DNA of 63,920 nucleotides, counting the filler, from Acidimicrobiia bacterium (GTDB taxonomy: Bacteria > Actinomycetota > Acidimicrobiia > Spongiisociales > CAZKJJ01), in assembly GCA_046759765.1 (NCBI GenBank). It is 6 parts of 6 records of this genome, joined end to end, with 100 filler letters (N's around TTAATTAATTAA, not from the genome) between each part and the next. Parts side by side here need not be neighbours in the genome. Positions count along the whole stretch, not along the records: positions 43,745 to 54,313 come from JBHICV010000080.1; positions 54,414 to 63,920 come from JBHICV010000094.1; 4 more parts are not named here. One strand, written 5' to 3'. Position 1 is the stretch's first letter. Every line of letters begins with the position of its first letter. Positions 50,500 to 60,213 of the stretch are shown here, in pieces. Below the pieces are notes generated by a model, which was given only the letters and a program-made list of their open reading frames with translations, had not been told where the DNA came from and searched no databases. A program made the translations under genes and the position numbers.

Positions 50500-51489
50500 A
50501 TGACTGTGGCCGACCAGACGCGGCGCGATCCAAGGCTGACACGCGAGCGGCACAAACCAAACAAATTGACGGACGAGCGGGGCCGGCTTACCACCGACCT
50601 CGTCTCTCAGTACCTCACTGCTATTGGTGAGTATGACCTGCTCACGGCCGAGCAGGAAGTGGAACTGGCGCAGAGGATCGAGGCCGGAGAAGCCGCGATC
50701 ATCCGAGTCGATGAGCGCGATTTCAAAGACAAGAGGGAAGAGATCGAGTTGCGCCGCAAGGTGCGGCATGGGCGCGAGGCGAAGGATGCTTTCCTGACCG
50801 CCAATCTGCGGCTCGTCGTGGCCAATGCGCGGCGATATGCCAATACGTCAGGCATCGACTTTCTCGACCTGATCCAGGAAGGCAATCTCGGCCTGATCCG
50901 AGCTGTCGAGAAGTTCGACTGGCGCAAGGGGTTCAAGTTCTCCACTTACGCGACCTGGTGGATCCGGCAGGCGATCACGCGTGCGATAGCGGACAAGTCA
51001 CGCACTGTGCGTATCCCGGTCCATCTACACGACACGCTGGCGGCGGTACGGGCCGCGCAAGCCTCTTTGAAGGCGGAGCTGGGACGCGATCCCAAACCCG
51101 ACGAGATCGCAGAGGAAGCCGGCGTCACGGTCGATAAGGTCGAGTTGGCTCTCGGAGTCGCGGATACGGTGTCGTTGGAGCAGCCGGTCGGGGAAGACGG
51201 CGCCCAGCTGGGCGATTTCATCGAGGATGAGGACGCCACTGATCCCGTTCAGATCACCGAGGAGATGGACATCGCCGACAGCCTTCGCATCTCGATCGAC
51301 CGGCTGCCCGATCGGGAAGGGCGGATACTGGCGCTGCGCTACGGTTTTTATGACGGGGTGCCGCGCACACTCGAAGAGATCGGCGAGGAATTCAACCTCA
51401 CGCGGGAGCGGATTCGCCAACTTGAGAAGCTCGCGCTCTGTCGCTTACGCCATCCCTCGTTCGGAATACGCGAGCAGGACTTGGTCTAG
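50500..51489 (+). CDS. RNA polymerase sigma-70 factor, RpoD/SigB-like, without region 1.1
   Basis: [28 protein letters not shown] and TRERIRQ. Confidence 0.95.
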   Translation: MTVADQTRRDPRLTRERHKPNKLTDERGRLTTDLVSQYLTAIGEYDLLTAEQEVELAQRIEAGEAAIIRVDERDFKDKREEIELRRKVRHGREAKDAFLTANLRLVVANARRYANTSGIDFLDLIQEGNLGLIRAVEKFDWRKGFKFSTYATWWIRQAITRAIADKSRTVRIPVHLHDTLAAVRAAQASLKAELGRDPKPDEIAEEAGVTVDKVELALGVADTVSLEQPVGEDGAQLGDFIEDEDATDPVQITEEMDIADSLRISIDRLPDREGRILALRYGFYDGVPRTLEEIGEEFNLTRERIRQLEKLALCRLRHPSFGIREQDLV

Positions 51490-51503
51490 GAGTCGCCTTT
51501 TTT

Positions 51504-51540
51504 GTGACCTCTTGCCGCGGCCGGTATGGCCGGAGGTCAC
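51504..51540. terminator. Hairpin downstream of the sigma gene
   Basis: GTGACCTC...GAGGTCAC inverted repeat. Confidence 0.5.
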
Positions 51541-51596
51541 GGAGTACGCACGAGCAGCCTCGATAACGTGAAGTCTCCGGCCGAAAGGGCCCGCGC

Positions 51597-51992
51597 GTGA
51601 AACTTCGTTCGTTGGTAGCCGGATCCGGAGCCGAGGTCTGCGGTCCTGAGGTGACGCTGCAGGAGGCCGCCGAGACGATGGACACCCAGGACATCGGTTC
51701 GATTGCGGTGGTCGACGGGCCTCGACTGGCCGGTATCTTGACTGAGCGGGACATCGTCCGTGCCTCTGCCGCCGGGGCCGATGTGAACGTCGAGATCGCC
51801 CGGGACTGGATGACGGCCGATCCTGATACCTTCTCCCCTGAAGTGCAGGTGGCCGAAGCAGCCCTTTGGTTGCTCGAAACCGGCTACCGGCACCTTCCCG
51901 TCGTCGAGGACGGCGACCTCCTAGGGATCGTCAGCGTGAGAGACGTGCTGTGGGTGCTGGCGGCTCCCGGAAGCGAGAGCACCACCGGCTAG
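51597..51992 (+). CDS. CBS-domain pair protein
   Basis: GILTERD, WMT, RHLPV and GIVSVRD. Confidence 0.9.
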   Translation: MKLRSLVAGSGAEVCGPEVTLQEAAETMDTQDIGSIAVVDGPRLAGILTERDIVRASAAGADVNVEIARDWMTADPDTFSPEVQVAEAALWLLETGYRHLPVVEDGDLLGIVSVRDVLWVLAAPGSESTTG

Positions 51993-52840
51993 TGGGGCGG
52001 ATCCACATAGCGGGCACGGGCAGCCAACTCGCCATCGAAGTCGATCACCCAAGTGGAACCTTTCTCCCATTTGCGTGGAGACAGGAAGTCGCACCCGTCT
52101 TCCAGGAGCGCATCGAGCATGAGCGGGATGACATTTCCATGGGTGCAAACCACGCCGTCGCGTTCACCGAGGTAGGGGAGGCTCCGCTCCGGATGGTCCT
52201 CCGAGAGGTCGTCGACTTCTTCGACGGGTAGTCCGAGCGCTTCGCTGAGCGGCTCGAGGGTCTGCCGACAGCGTGGGTAGGGGCTCGACAGGAGCTTTCC
52301 AATGTGCTCGCCAGCAAGGACCCCGACCAATCCGCGTGCTTCCCGCCAGCCCTGCTCGGAAAGTGTTCGGTCACGGTCAGCTGGATTGGTTTCGTCGCGA
52401 ATCCCGGCATGGGCGTGGCGGATGACGAAGAGACGGGGCACTCGCTCTTTCCAGCCGTCCGGCAGGCTTTCGAGCAACTCGCGGTCCGACTCGTAGGTGA
52501 GCAGCTCAGGTGCGTCGTCCATCTCGACCCACCGAACGGTATCCACCTCTCGGTTGGGGGAGAAGTCGCCCGTAACTTCGGTCATCGCCCAGTAGTAAGA
52601 GGTCTTGGGGCTCCCATCCGGCAGCTCGTAGGTCTTCTCGCCCACCATCATGCCGAGCCGGCACCGTAGGCCCGTCTCCTCCTCGACCTCCCGCAGCGCG
52701 GTCTCTTCCGATGTCTCGCCCGGCAGCGGAAGCCCCTTCGGGAAGCTCCAGTCGTCGTAGCGGGGCCGGTGGACGACGAGGAGCTGGAGGGTGTTTCCCG
52801 TCTTCCGCCAAACAATTCCACCGAATGCGACCTCGCTCAT
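51989..52840 (-). CDS. NUDIX hydrolase plus histidine phosphatase fusion (MutT1-like)
   Basis: HRPRYDDWSFPKG, Nudix box REVEEETG, RHA, SSPY.RC and CTHG. Confidence 0.88.
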   Translation of the reverse strand: MSEVAFGGIVWRKTGNTLQLLVVHRPRYDDWSFPKGLPLPGETSEETALREVEEETGLRCRLGMMVGEKTYELPDGSPKTSYYWAMTEVTGDFSPNREVDTVRWVEMDDAPELLTYESDRELLESLPDGWKERVPRLFVIRHAHAGIRDETNPADRDRTLSEQGWREARGLVGVLAGEHIGKLLSSPYPRCRQTLEPLSEALGLPVEEVDDLSEDHPERSLPYLGERDGVVCTHGNVIPLMLDALLEDGCDFLSPRKWEKGSTWVIDFDGELAARARYVDPPH

Positions 52841-53376
52841 CGAAGAGCCTCGGTGATAAAGGCGGCCGCGGCTTTGACATCGGAGACGCACACGACGTAG
52901 GAGGCATCTGTTTCGAGGCGTTCGGTCAGCAGCGGAACCAGCTCGGACCATTGCTCTCCGACCGCCACGATCGGTTTCGGCTCGCGGTCACTGAACTGGG
53001 TGACGAAGGCGACATTCCAGGCCACCATGAGCTCGGTCAGCGTTCCGATGCTTCCTGGTAGCACCACGTAGGCGTCAGGAAGGTCGATCAGATGATGAAT
53101 ACGTTCGCCGAGAGAAGCTGCCGGGATCTCTTGGGTAACGTGCCTGTTTGCTCCCGATCTCCCAGGAAATACGGGGGGAGCGGTTACCCCGAGGACTTCC
53201 GCACCATGCTCGGCGGCGCCCTCGGAAACCGCCTCCATCACACCGGCGTAGCCGCCGGTTACCATTGTGAATCCGGCTTTGGCCAGCAACCTTCCTAACC
53301 GGACGCCTTCGGCGTATTCGGGATCGGCGGGTCCGACCTCAGAAGAGCCGAACACCGCCACGACGGGTGAGTCCAT
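52837..53376 (-). CDS. LOG family protein
   Basis: TGGY.GVMEA and PGSIGTLTEL. Confidence 0.88.
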   Translation of the reverse strand: MDSPVVAVFGSSEVGPADPEYAEGVRLGRLLAKAGFTMVTGGYAGVMEAVSEGAAEHGAEVLGVTAPPVFPGRSGANRHVTQEIPAASLGERIHHLIDLPDAYVVLPGSIGTLTELMVAWNVAFVTQFSDREPKPIVAVGEQWSELVPLLTERLETDASYVVCVSDVKAAAAFITEALR

Positions 53377-53420
53377 GGCGGGCGCGAGCGTAGCTTGCGG
53401 CGTGTCGAGGAGCGGTGGGC

Positions 53421-54313
53421 TCAGCCGAAGACGATGTAGGCGACTTGCTCGGTGGTGTGCTTCCGCTCGGTGTCGTTGCTCTGGTCTTCGTCGATGGCCA
53501 GTGCCAGGGACGAGTCCGACACGGGGCTGGTTCCGTACAGCAACGCCCAGCCGCCGTTGTTTCCGTCCATGCCTGTCTGAGAAACGACCGCCACGGTCGC
53601 CCCACCCGGTCCGCTGATCGAGTAGTTGTAGGGCGGGCTGTTGGTCACACCACGTATCGAGTCGGCGCCAACGGCCGCCAGATAGGGCGTTCCTTCGATC
53701 GAACCGGAGCCGGCCTCGATGATGATGTAGCCGATCGTCTCATTGGCCCTGGTCGTATCGGGGTCCTCGCCCACGTGCTTGCCTACCCTCAAGGTGCCGT
53801 TCGGTGGCCGGTTCCGGCCGGAGCCTCTGCTCCAGAACACCGACCAGTCTGAATCGTTGGTGGTCATCACCTGGCCCAATACGACTGCAGTCGAGTAGCT
53901 CTGGCTGTAGGAACGGACCTGACCACTCCACGAGTTGTTCTCGTCGGTCACAGTTGACGTGAAGGTATGTGCCTCCATCTTCACGCCGTGCTCTGCCTCG
54001 GTGTAAACGCCCTCTTCCACAGCCATCCAGTAGACGGTGGCGGTGGCAGTCCCTGTTCCCGAGGTGCGGGCGAGGGAGACCTGGAAGCTGTTAGAGGTGA
54101 CGTTCTGCACCCGGACCACCAGCGGAACACTGCCGCTGTCGTAGTTCGGCGTGGCTACCACCACCATGCTGGTGTAGGTGGGACCCGGTGTGATTGTGGT
54201 CCAGGAGTCGGTTGAGACACCCGTCACGAAACCGTTGGCCAGCTTGGGAGTGGTAGCTGGGGCGACGGGGTTGATGGTGAGGTTGACGGTGACGATGGCC
54301 GAGTCGTCGGTTC
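53421..54313 (-). CDS. C-terminal fragment of a large extracellular protein (cadherin/Ig-like repeat end plus beta-rich lectin-like repeats)
   Basis: The frame is open to the contig edge. DSAIVTVNLTINPV, then Thr/Ser-rich repeats ending VYWMAVE, ETIGYIIIE and EQVAYIVF. Confidence 0.75.
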
Positions 54314-54413
54314 NNNNNNNNNNNNNNNNNNNNNNNNNNNNNNNNNNNNNNNNNNNNTTAATTAATTAANNNNNNNNNNNNNNNNNNNNNNNNNNNNNNN
54401 NNNNNNNNNNNNN
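54314..54413. other. Artificial contig spacer
   Basis: N44-TTAATTAATTAA-N44. Confidence 0.99.
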
Positions 54414-56204
54414 GCGCTCGCGGTGGTGGCAACGCTGCTGGTCGTGTTCCTCGTCTGGACCATCTTCTCGCCCAATCTCCGCCGAACGACTGCCGACGCG
54501 CTACTGACCATGATCGTGATCTTCTTTGCGATCTCGTGGATGAATGGGATCGGGTCGCTCTTCTTTGAAGACCAGAATCCGATGGTTCAGATCATCCCGA
54601 TCCTGCTGATTGGGCTCGGCGTGGACTACTCGATCCACCTCACGTCTCGGTATCGGGAAGAGGTGGCCTGGAGCGCCAATGTGGACGGCTCGGTGTCGAA
54701 AGCGATCACCACCGTTGGGGTCGCTTTGGTGTTGGCCACCGTCACGACCGCCGCCGGCTTCCTGACCAACGTGACCAACGATCTTCCCGCGCTGCGCGAG
54801 TTCGGGTGGCTGGCCTCGATCGGGATCGTGGCTTCCTTCCTTCTCATGTTGACGTTCGTGCCGGCGGTGAGAGAGTTGCTCGATCGCCGAGGCATGCGGC
54901 GCGAGACCATGGAGCCCGAGTATCTAAAAGGAACCCAGTCGCGCTTCCTACCCAGGATGGCCGGTCAAACCTCGTGGTTGGCGAAGAAGGTACCCGCGGT
55001 TGTCCTCGTCGTTGCGATCACACTGGGCGGGCTCGGGGTCTACGGGTGGAGCCAGCTGGAGGCCAAGTTCAGCTTCCTCGACTTCATCCCCACCACGTCG
55101 CCCCTTCGCGGGACGTTCGAGACCCTGCTCGATCGTTTCGGGGGAGGCTTCGGTGAGAGCACCCAGGTCCTCATCGAGGGCGACGTCGCCACCGCCGAAT
55201 CGTGGAACGCGATGATCGACGCTAATCAGGCGACCACTCAGGTCGATAACGTAGTTCTGTTCGGCGGGCAGCCGGCCGCCAGGTCACCTATGGCGATCAT
55301 CGGTCCGCTGCTGACTCAGGACTCCCCAACGTTCAATCCGGAGGTGGCCCAAGCCGCCCAGACGGTCGGGATGGACCAGTCCTTCAAGGTGACCGGGAAC
55401 GTAGATCCTCTCTATGACGCCGCTTTTGCGGTGGTTCCGGAGGAGCTGCGGACCGTGATCAGCGTCTCGGAGACCGGGTACAACGCCGCTTTGTTCGACA
55501 TCACGACGCAGGGCGGTGAAACAGGGGCGGCTCAGCTAAGCGATGACCTGAATGTGGCCTTTGCCGGGGTCGCCGTGGCGGGCAACGACGTTGTGGTCAC
55601 GTCCGATGAGATCATCAGCGATGTCATCATCACCACGCTGCGCGACTCGCAGACTCAGTCGCTGATTCTCACTTTGCTCGTCGCGCTGCTCGTGTTGGTT
55701 GCCAACTTCTGGTTCGAGGCCCGCCGCCCGGTGCTGGGTGTAATAACAGCCCTGCCGGTCGTGCTCGTCGTCTTGCTGACTTTCAGCTTTATGACCGTGT
55801 TTGGCATACCGTACGGACCGGTTACCGCAACGATCGCGGCTCTGGGTATTGGTATCGGGATTCCTTACATGATCCACATCACTCACCGCTTTCTCGAGGA
55901 TCGGATTCGGTGCGATACGGGTGAAGAAGCAGTCGAGTCGACCCTCGGGTTTACCGGCGGTGCGCTGGCCGGATCGGCGTTGACGACCATCGCCGGGTTC
56001 GGAATTTTGGTGACGTCGACGACGATTCCCTTCCAGCAGTTCGGCCTGGTGACAGCCGTGACGATCGGCTTTGCCCTGCTGACGGCGATCCTGATCCTGC
56101 CGAGTCTGTTGACGCTGTGGGATCGCTATCACCGGCGGCGCGGTGACATCCCAGTCGAAGCCGATGTGGTGGAACGTGCCCTCCAGACAGGGGGCGCCGA
56201 CTAG
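54414..56204 (+). CDS. MMPL/RND family transporter (5'-truncated)
   Basis: IGLGVDYSIH, TTAAGF, a second repeat GIGIPYMIH, TTIAGF and multiple TM helices. Confidence 0.9.
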   Translation, partial: ALAVVATLLVVFLVWTIFSPNLRRTTADALLTMIVIFFAISWMNGIGSLFFEDQNPMVQIIPILLIGLGVDYSIHLTSRYREEVAWSANVDGSVSKAITTVGVALVLATVTTAAGFLTNVTNDLPALREFGWLASIGIVASFLLMLTFVPAVRELLDRRGMRRETMEPEYLKGTQSRFLPRMAGQTSWLAKKVPAVVLVVAITLGGLGVYGWSQLEAKFSFLDFIPTTSPLRGTFETLLDRFGGGFGESTQVLIEGDVATAESWNAMIDANQATTQVDNVVLFGGQPAARSPMAIIGPLLTQDSPTFNPEVAQAAQTVGMDQSFKVTGNVDPLYDAAFAVVPEELRTVISVSETGYNAALFDITTQGGETGAAQLSDDLNVAFAGVAVAGNDVVVTSDEIISDVIITTLRDSQTQSLILTLLVALLVLVANFWFEARRPVLGVITALPVVLVVLLTFSFMTVFGIPYGPVTATIAALGIGIGIPYMIHITHRFLEDRIRCDTGEEAVESTLGFTGGALAGSALTTIAGFGILVTSTTIPFQQFGLVTAVTIGFALLTAILILPSLLTLWDRYHRRRGDIPVEADVVERALQTGGAD

Positions 56205-56209
56205 CTCGA

Positions 56210-56386
56210 CTATCGAGCCAGGATCCGCTCGGAGATTATGTCCTGAGCCTCGATCGTCACGCTCTGCCCCGCCATGGGGTAGGGCGCCGTAACCAGAATT
56301 GTGACCGTGTGGTCGGTACGTGAGACCACGTGCCCGGTGTAAGTCCGCGTCCGCTCGCGGTCCTCGGTCGTGATTGTCACCGTCAT
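56210..56386 (-). CDS. Small hypothetical beta-rich protein (58 aa)
   Basis: Hand-translated as MTVTITTEDRERTRTYTGHVVSRTDHTVTILVTAPYPMAGQSVTIEAQDIISERILAR. GAAAGG RBS upstream. Confidence 0.6.
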   Translation of the reverse strand: MTVTITTEDRERTRTYTGHVVSRTDHTVTILVTAPYPMAGQSVTIEAQDIISERILAR

Positions 56387-56491
56387 CCCGCCCTTTCGGA
56401 TTGCCTACCTTTGATATCGGCATCAAGCGCATCGATCCTGAGGCCACTCGGGCAGCCGGGATGGGGCAACAGGTACCATGCGCGGCCGCGG

Positions 56492-57583
56492 ATGACGATC
56501 GCCGAGCTTCTCGAACGGCTGGGAAATGTTGCCCCCTGGGACAAGGCAGCCGACTGGGATCCCGTAGGCCTACAACTCGGTGATCCCGCGGCTGAGGCAA
56601 CATCGGTGGCCGTGTGTCACGAGATCACCGACGAGGTCGTCAGGCTCGTGACACAGGAGCCTTCCAATCTGGTGGTGACCTACCACCCCCTGTTGTTCGA
56701 GCCCCGGACGACGATCACTGCTGGGCCGGGACCGAGCGGCAGGGCGTACCAGCTGCTGACCAAGGACATCGCCGTAGCCGTTGTACACACCAACTTCGAC
56801 GCGGCTGCCGGCGGAGCCGCAGACGCACTTGCCGAGACGCTGGGTCTCGATGACATCCGACCGCTTGCACCGGCGGCCACATCCCCGGCGGTCAAGATCG
56901 TCACCTTTGTTCCCGAGTCACACGTCGGCCCGGTTCGCCAGGCGATGGCCGATGCCGGCGGCGGCGTCATCGGGAACTACACGAACTGCTCCTTCCGCGT
57001 GGCCGGGTTGGGCTCATTCTTTGCCAGTGAGGCGACGAGTCCCTCGGTCGGCCAGGAAGGTCAGCTGAACGAGGAGCCCGAGAGTCGGCTTGAGATGGTG
57101 GCACCGAAAGCGCGGGCGGATGCGGTTCTCGGGGCCATGGTCGCCGCACATCCGTATGAGGAGCCTGCGTTCGATGTGTATGACATTCGTGGTGCGGCCT
57201 TTTATGGACGAGTGGGACGGCTCGTCAAACCGACTCCGCTCGCCGCGCTGGCCAAGGAAGTCGCCGAGCGTCTCGATGCGCATCCTGTTCGTTACGTCGG
57301 GCATGAGGGCACCCCGCTGCAGGAGTTGGCAGTGGTGCCAGGATCCGGAGCCGAGTTCATAGACGCTGCCCGGGCCGGCGGGGCGGAGGCACTCGTAACC
57401 GGAGACGTCTCGCATCACCGTGCGGTTGGGGCGGCGGAGCGCGGTTTGGCAGTCATCGATCCCGGCCACGCAGGCGGAGAACGTCCGGGCGTGCGACGCT
57501 TGTTGGAGGTGGTGAGGAAGCTCGTTCCCAGTGTCCGCGACCTGACCGGGTGGACGACTGATCCGTGGAGCTGGACGCAGTGA
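56492..57583 (+). CDS. Nif3-like dinuclear metal-centre protein with PII-like insert
   Basis: WDPVGLQLG, YHPLLF, HTNFD, HPYEEPA, GSG, GDVSHH and GH...E. Confidence 0.92.
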   Translation: MTIAELLERLGNVAPWDKAADWDPVGLQLGDPAAEATSVAVCHEITDEVVRLVTQEPSNLVVTYHPLLFEPRTTITAGPGPSGRAYQLLTKDIAVAVVHTNFDAAAGGAADALAETLGLDDIRPLAPAATSPAVKIVTFVPESHVGPVRQAMADAGGGVIGNYTNCSFRVAGLGSFFASEATSPSVGQEGQLNEEPESRLEMVAPKARADAVLGAMVAAHPYEEPAFDVYDIRGAAFYGRVGRLVKPTPLAALAKEVAERLDAHPVRYVGHEGTPLQELAVVPGSGAEFIDAARAGGAEALVTGDVSHHRAVGAAERGLAVIDPGHAGGERPGVRRLLEVVRKLVPSVRDLTGWTTDPWSWTQ

Positions 57584-58293
57584 TGGAGGAGCTTCGCAGC
57601 CTCTCCGACCTGCTCGAACTCCAGCGTCTCGACTCCGAGATCGATCGGCTGTTGGAGCGACGCCAATCTCTTCCCGAGCTGGAGGAATATCGAGAGGCAG
57701 CCGCGCAAGGGGAGAAGGCGAATGCCGCCCTGGCCTCACTGCAGGAGCAGCTGCGTGATACCGAATTGGCGGCGGACAAAGCCGATGGCGAGCTCCAGAT
57801 CATGGAGGAGAAGGTTCGTCAGACCGAGAGTCGTCTGTTCGCCGGGGGCATGTCGGCTCGTGAGACCGAGAACATGCGTCTCGACGTGGAGCAGCTTCGC
57901 CGGCAGCAATCGGAGCTCGAGACGGCGGTCCTCGAAGGTCTCGAACAGCGTGACCAGCTCAGTGCTGAAGTCGACAGCGCCCGCCAGGAGGCCGAGGAAC
58001 TCGACGGCCGCAAGCAGGCCCTCGATCAAGTCATCAAAGCGGCCTGGAGCGAGATCGACGCCAGGCTGGCAGCCCACGAAGCCAGCAAGAGCGAGCTCGT
58101 GCCCGGTATCGATGCCGAGTTGCTGGAGCTCTATGAGCAGCTTCGCCCTCTCAAGGAAGGAGTCGCCATCGCGGAGCTCGAGGCGGGCGTGTGCGGGGGA
58201 TGCCACTTGAAGATGTCTGCGGCCGAGCTCGAAGAGGCGCTGGCCGGGGACCCTCCTCGGTGCACCCACTGTCGCCGGATCGTGGTTGTTTGA
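57583..58293 (+). CDS. Coiled-coil protein with C4 zinc ribbon (COG1579)
   Basis: LLELQRLD, CGGC...CTHCRRI. Coupled to Nif3. Confidence 0.9.
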   Translation: MEELRSLSDLLELQRLDSEIDRLLERRQSLPELEEYREAAAQGEKANAALASLQEQLRDTELAADKADGELQIMEEKVRQTESRLFAGGMSARETENMRLDVEQLRRQQSELETAVLEGLEQRDQLSAEVDSARQEAEELDGRKQALDQVIKAAWSEIDARLAAHEASKSELVPGIDAELLELYEQLRPLKEGVAIAELEAGVCGGCHLKMSAAELEEALAGDPPRCTHCRRIVVV

Positions 58294-58785
58294 GTGTTCT
58301 TCTGGCACATCTCAGGGTCAATCGCAATCTTCCGCTTCGTCTTCCGCGACCCAAAGGTCGACGTCCGGCTCCTGGCCTTCGGCGCTATCGCGGCCAACCT
58401 CATCGACAAGCCTCTGACCCTCCTCACCCCATTGGCGCCTCGCTCGGTGGGACACACCTTGTTGCTTCCTCTGCTCCTGATGGCGATCGGACTCCTCGCC
58501 ACCCGGAGGGGTCGACCTCGCCGCGCCTGGATGGCGGTCGTCATCGGCATGCTGCTGCATCTGGTCCTCGACGGGATGTGGTTTGACACCGAGACGCTTC
58601 TCTGGCCCCTCTTTGGCCCCTTTCCTGCCTACCACGGACCTGCGTTTCCCGACCTCACCAGTCCAATTGCCTGGATCATGGAGGCGGCCGGGGTCGCTTA
58701 TCTCCTGTACCTCGTTCGCAAAGCAGGCCTCTCCGATCCCAGCCGCCGGGGCGAGCTACTCCGAACCGGCCTTCTGGGACTCTGA
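58294..58785 (+). CDS. Membrane-bound metal-dependent hydrolase (YdjM-like)
   Basis: N-terminal His, IDKP, GHTL, HLVLD and LLWP. Confidence 0.8.
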   Translation: MFFWHISGSIAIFRFVFRDPKVDVRLLAFGAIAANLIDKPLTLLTPLAPRSVGHTLLLPLLLMAIGLLATRRGRPRRAWMAVVIGMLLHLVLDGMWFDTETLLWPLFGPFPAYHGPAFPDLTSPIAWIMEAAGVAYLLYLVRKAGLSDPSRRGELLRTGLLGL

Positions 58786-58819
58786 CCAGCTAGCCGACCC
58801 GGCCGGGTACGCTCCCGAG

Positions 58820-59497
58820 GTGCGGTTACACCGCGTCTCGTTCCTTCTCCTTCTGTTCCTCCTGGCAGCCTGCCGGGCCAGTCCGGCCCCGACCACCCTG
58901 GCACCGGTCGAGGGAGCCGACACACCCAAACAGGCGGTAGAGGAGCTGATCGGGGCGCTAGCCGCCGGCGACTGGCAGGCGACGGCGCCCTACGTCGATG
59001 AGACACAAATAGCTCTGCTGACCGCCATCGAGGGAGTCCCCGCCTCCGAGACGGCCGAGATGCTGCGCGCCGGGCTCACCAATCAGGTCCGGGCCAACTT
59101 CTGGCAAGGGTTTGTAGAGGGTTTCCTGATGTTCTCCCAGGAAGAGGCTTCCCAGCTTCTCCTGGGTGATCCCACCCACTTCGAGGTAGAGGGACTCAGC
59201 TTCAGCGCCGTTGCGCTGAGTCTGCGACACCATCCCGGCATTGGCTCGTGGATCGTCAGAAACACCGACGGTGACTGGTGGGTTGATCTGTTCGCCACGA
59301 TCGGGCCATCCTTCGCCAACCCACTTCGGGACTGGTTGGAGAGTCTGCCGGATGACGACAACGGCAGGCTCATACGCGCGGAGATGGTTGCACAGGAACC
59401 GAGCTTCACGGCGGCCCTCACCCAGGAGCCTCTGGGCGAGGTCTCCGACGGCGCTCGTTTCGAGGTTCGGCTGCTGATGATCGAGGCCAAGAGCTGA
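58820..59497 (+). CDS. Putative lipoprotein
   Basis: Signal peptide with lipobox LAAC. TACGCT-N6-GTG upstream. Confidence 0.72.
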   Translation: MRLHRVSFLLLLFLLAACRASPAPTTLAPVEGADTPKQAVEELIGALAAGDWQATAPYVDETQIALLTAIEGVPASETAEMLRAGLTNQVRANFWQGFVEGFLMFSQEEASQLLLGDPTHFEVEGLSFSAVALSLRHHPGIGSWIVRNTDGDWWVDLFATIGPSFANPLRDWLESLPDDDNGRLIRAEMVAQEPSFTAALTQEPLGEVSDGARFEVRLLMIEAKS

Positions 59498-59500
59498 CGG

Positions 59501-60185
59501 TTAGACGCTCCCTCGCTCCTGCAGCGGACTGATCAGCTCCGGGAGGTTGTTATCGACGGAGTTGACGAGGCTGGAGACAGGGTGGGCGATCATCGCCTCG
59601 GCCGGGGCGGGAGTGAGCATGGCCAACAGGGCGTCGGGCTCGACCCCGTCAGTCTCGAGCCACGCTTCCCACTGGGAACGCTCGAGCACAACCGGCATCC
59701 GGTTGTGAAGCGCCTCGACGACCTCATTCGGGCGACCGGTGACGATCGCACACGTCGTTAGTCTCTCGCCACTGGCCGGGTCCCGCCAACGTGACCAAAT
59801 GCCGGCAAAGCCCATCGGCTCGCCGGACTGCAGACGAATGTAGTGGGGGAGCTTGCCCTCGGGGCGCTCCTGCCACTCGTAGAACCCGTCGGCGGGAATC
59901 AGACAGCGTCGCCTGCGGAACGCGTCTCGAAAGGCGGGGCTTGGTAGCGACGGTCTCAGCGCGGGCGTTGATGTGGATCCCGCGGCGGTCCTCCGCCCAG
60001 AAGGGAAGCAATCCCCATCTGAGGCTTCCCAGCCGGCGCTTGTCATCGGCCGCGACGATCGCGTAAACGGGATCGGTCGGCGCGACGTTGTAGCTCGGTT
60101 GCAGCGATTCGCTGCGGATCTCAGACACCCCGAAGTGGTCGACATAGCGGTCGATATCGCCGGTGAGCGTGTAGCGCCCGCACAT
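59501..60185 (-). pseudogene. SOS response-associated peptidase (SRAP/YedK family) with a one-base frameshift
   Basis: MCGRY, YNVAPT and INARAET lie in one frame. RCLIPADGFYEW and HNRMP lie in another. There is an extra C in the run at 59936-59939. Confidence 0.85.
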
Positions 60186-60213
60186 GCGTCGCAGCGTACT
60201 GTGAGCGGCGATG

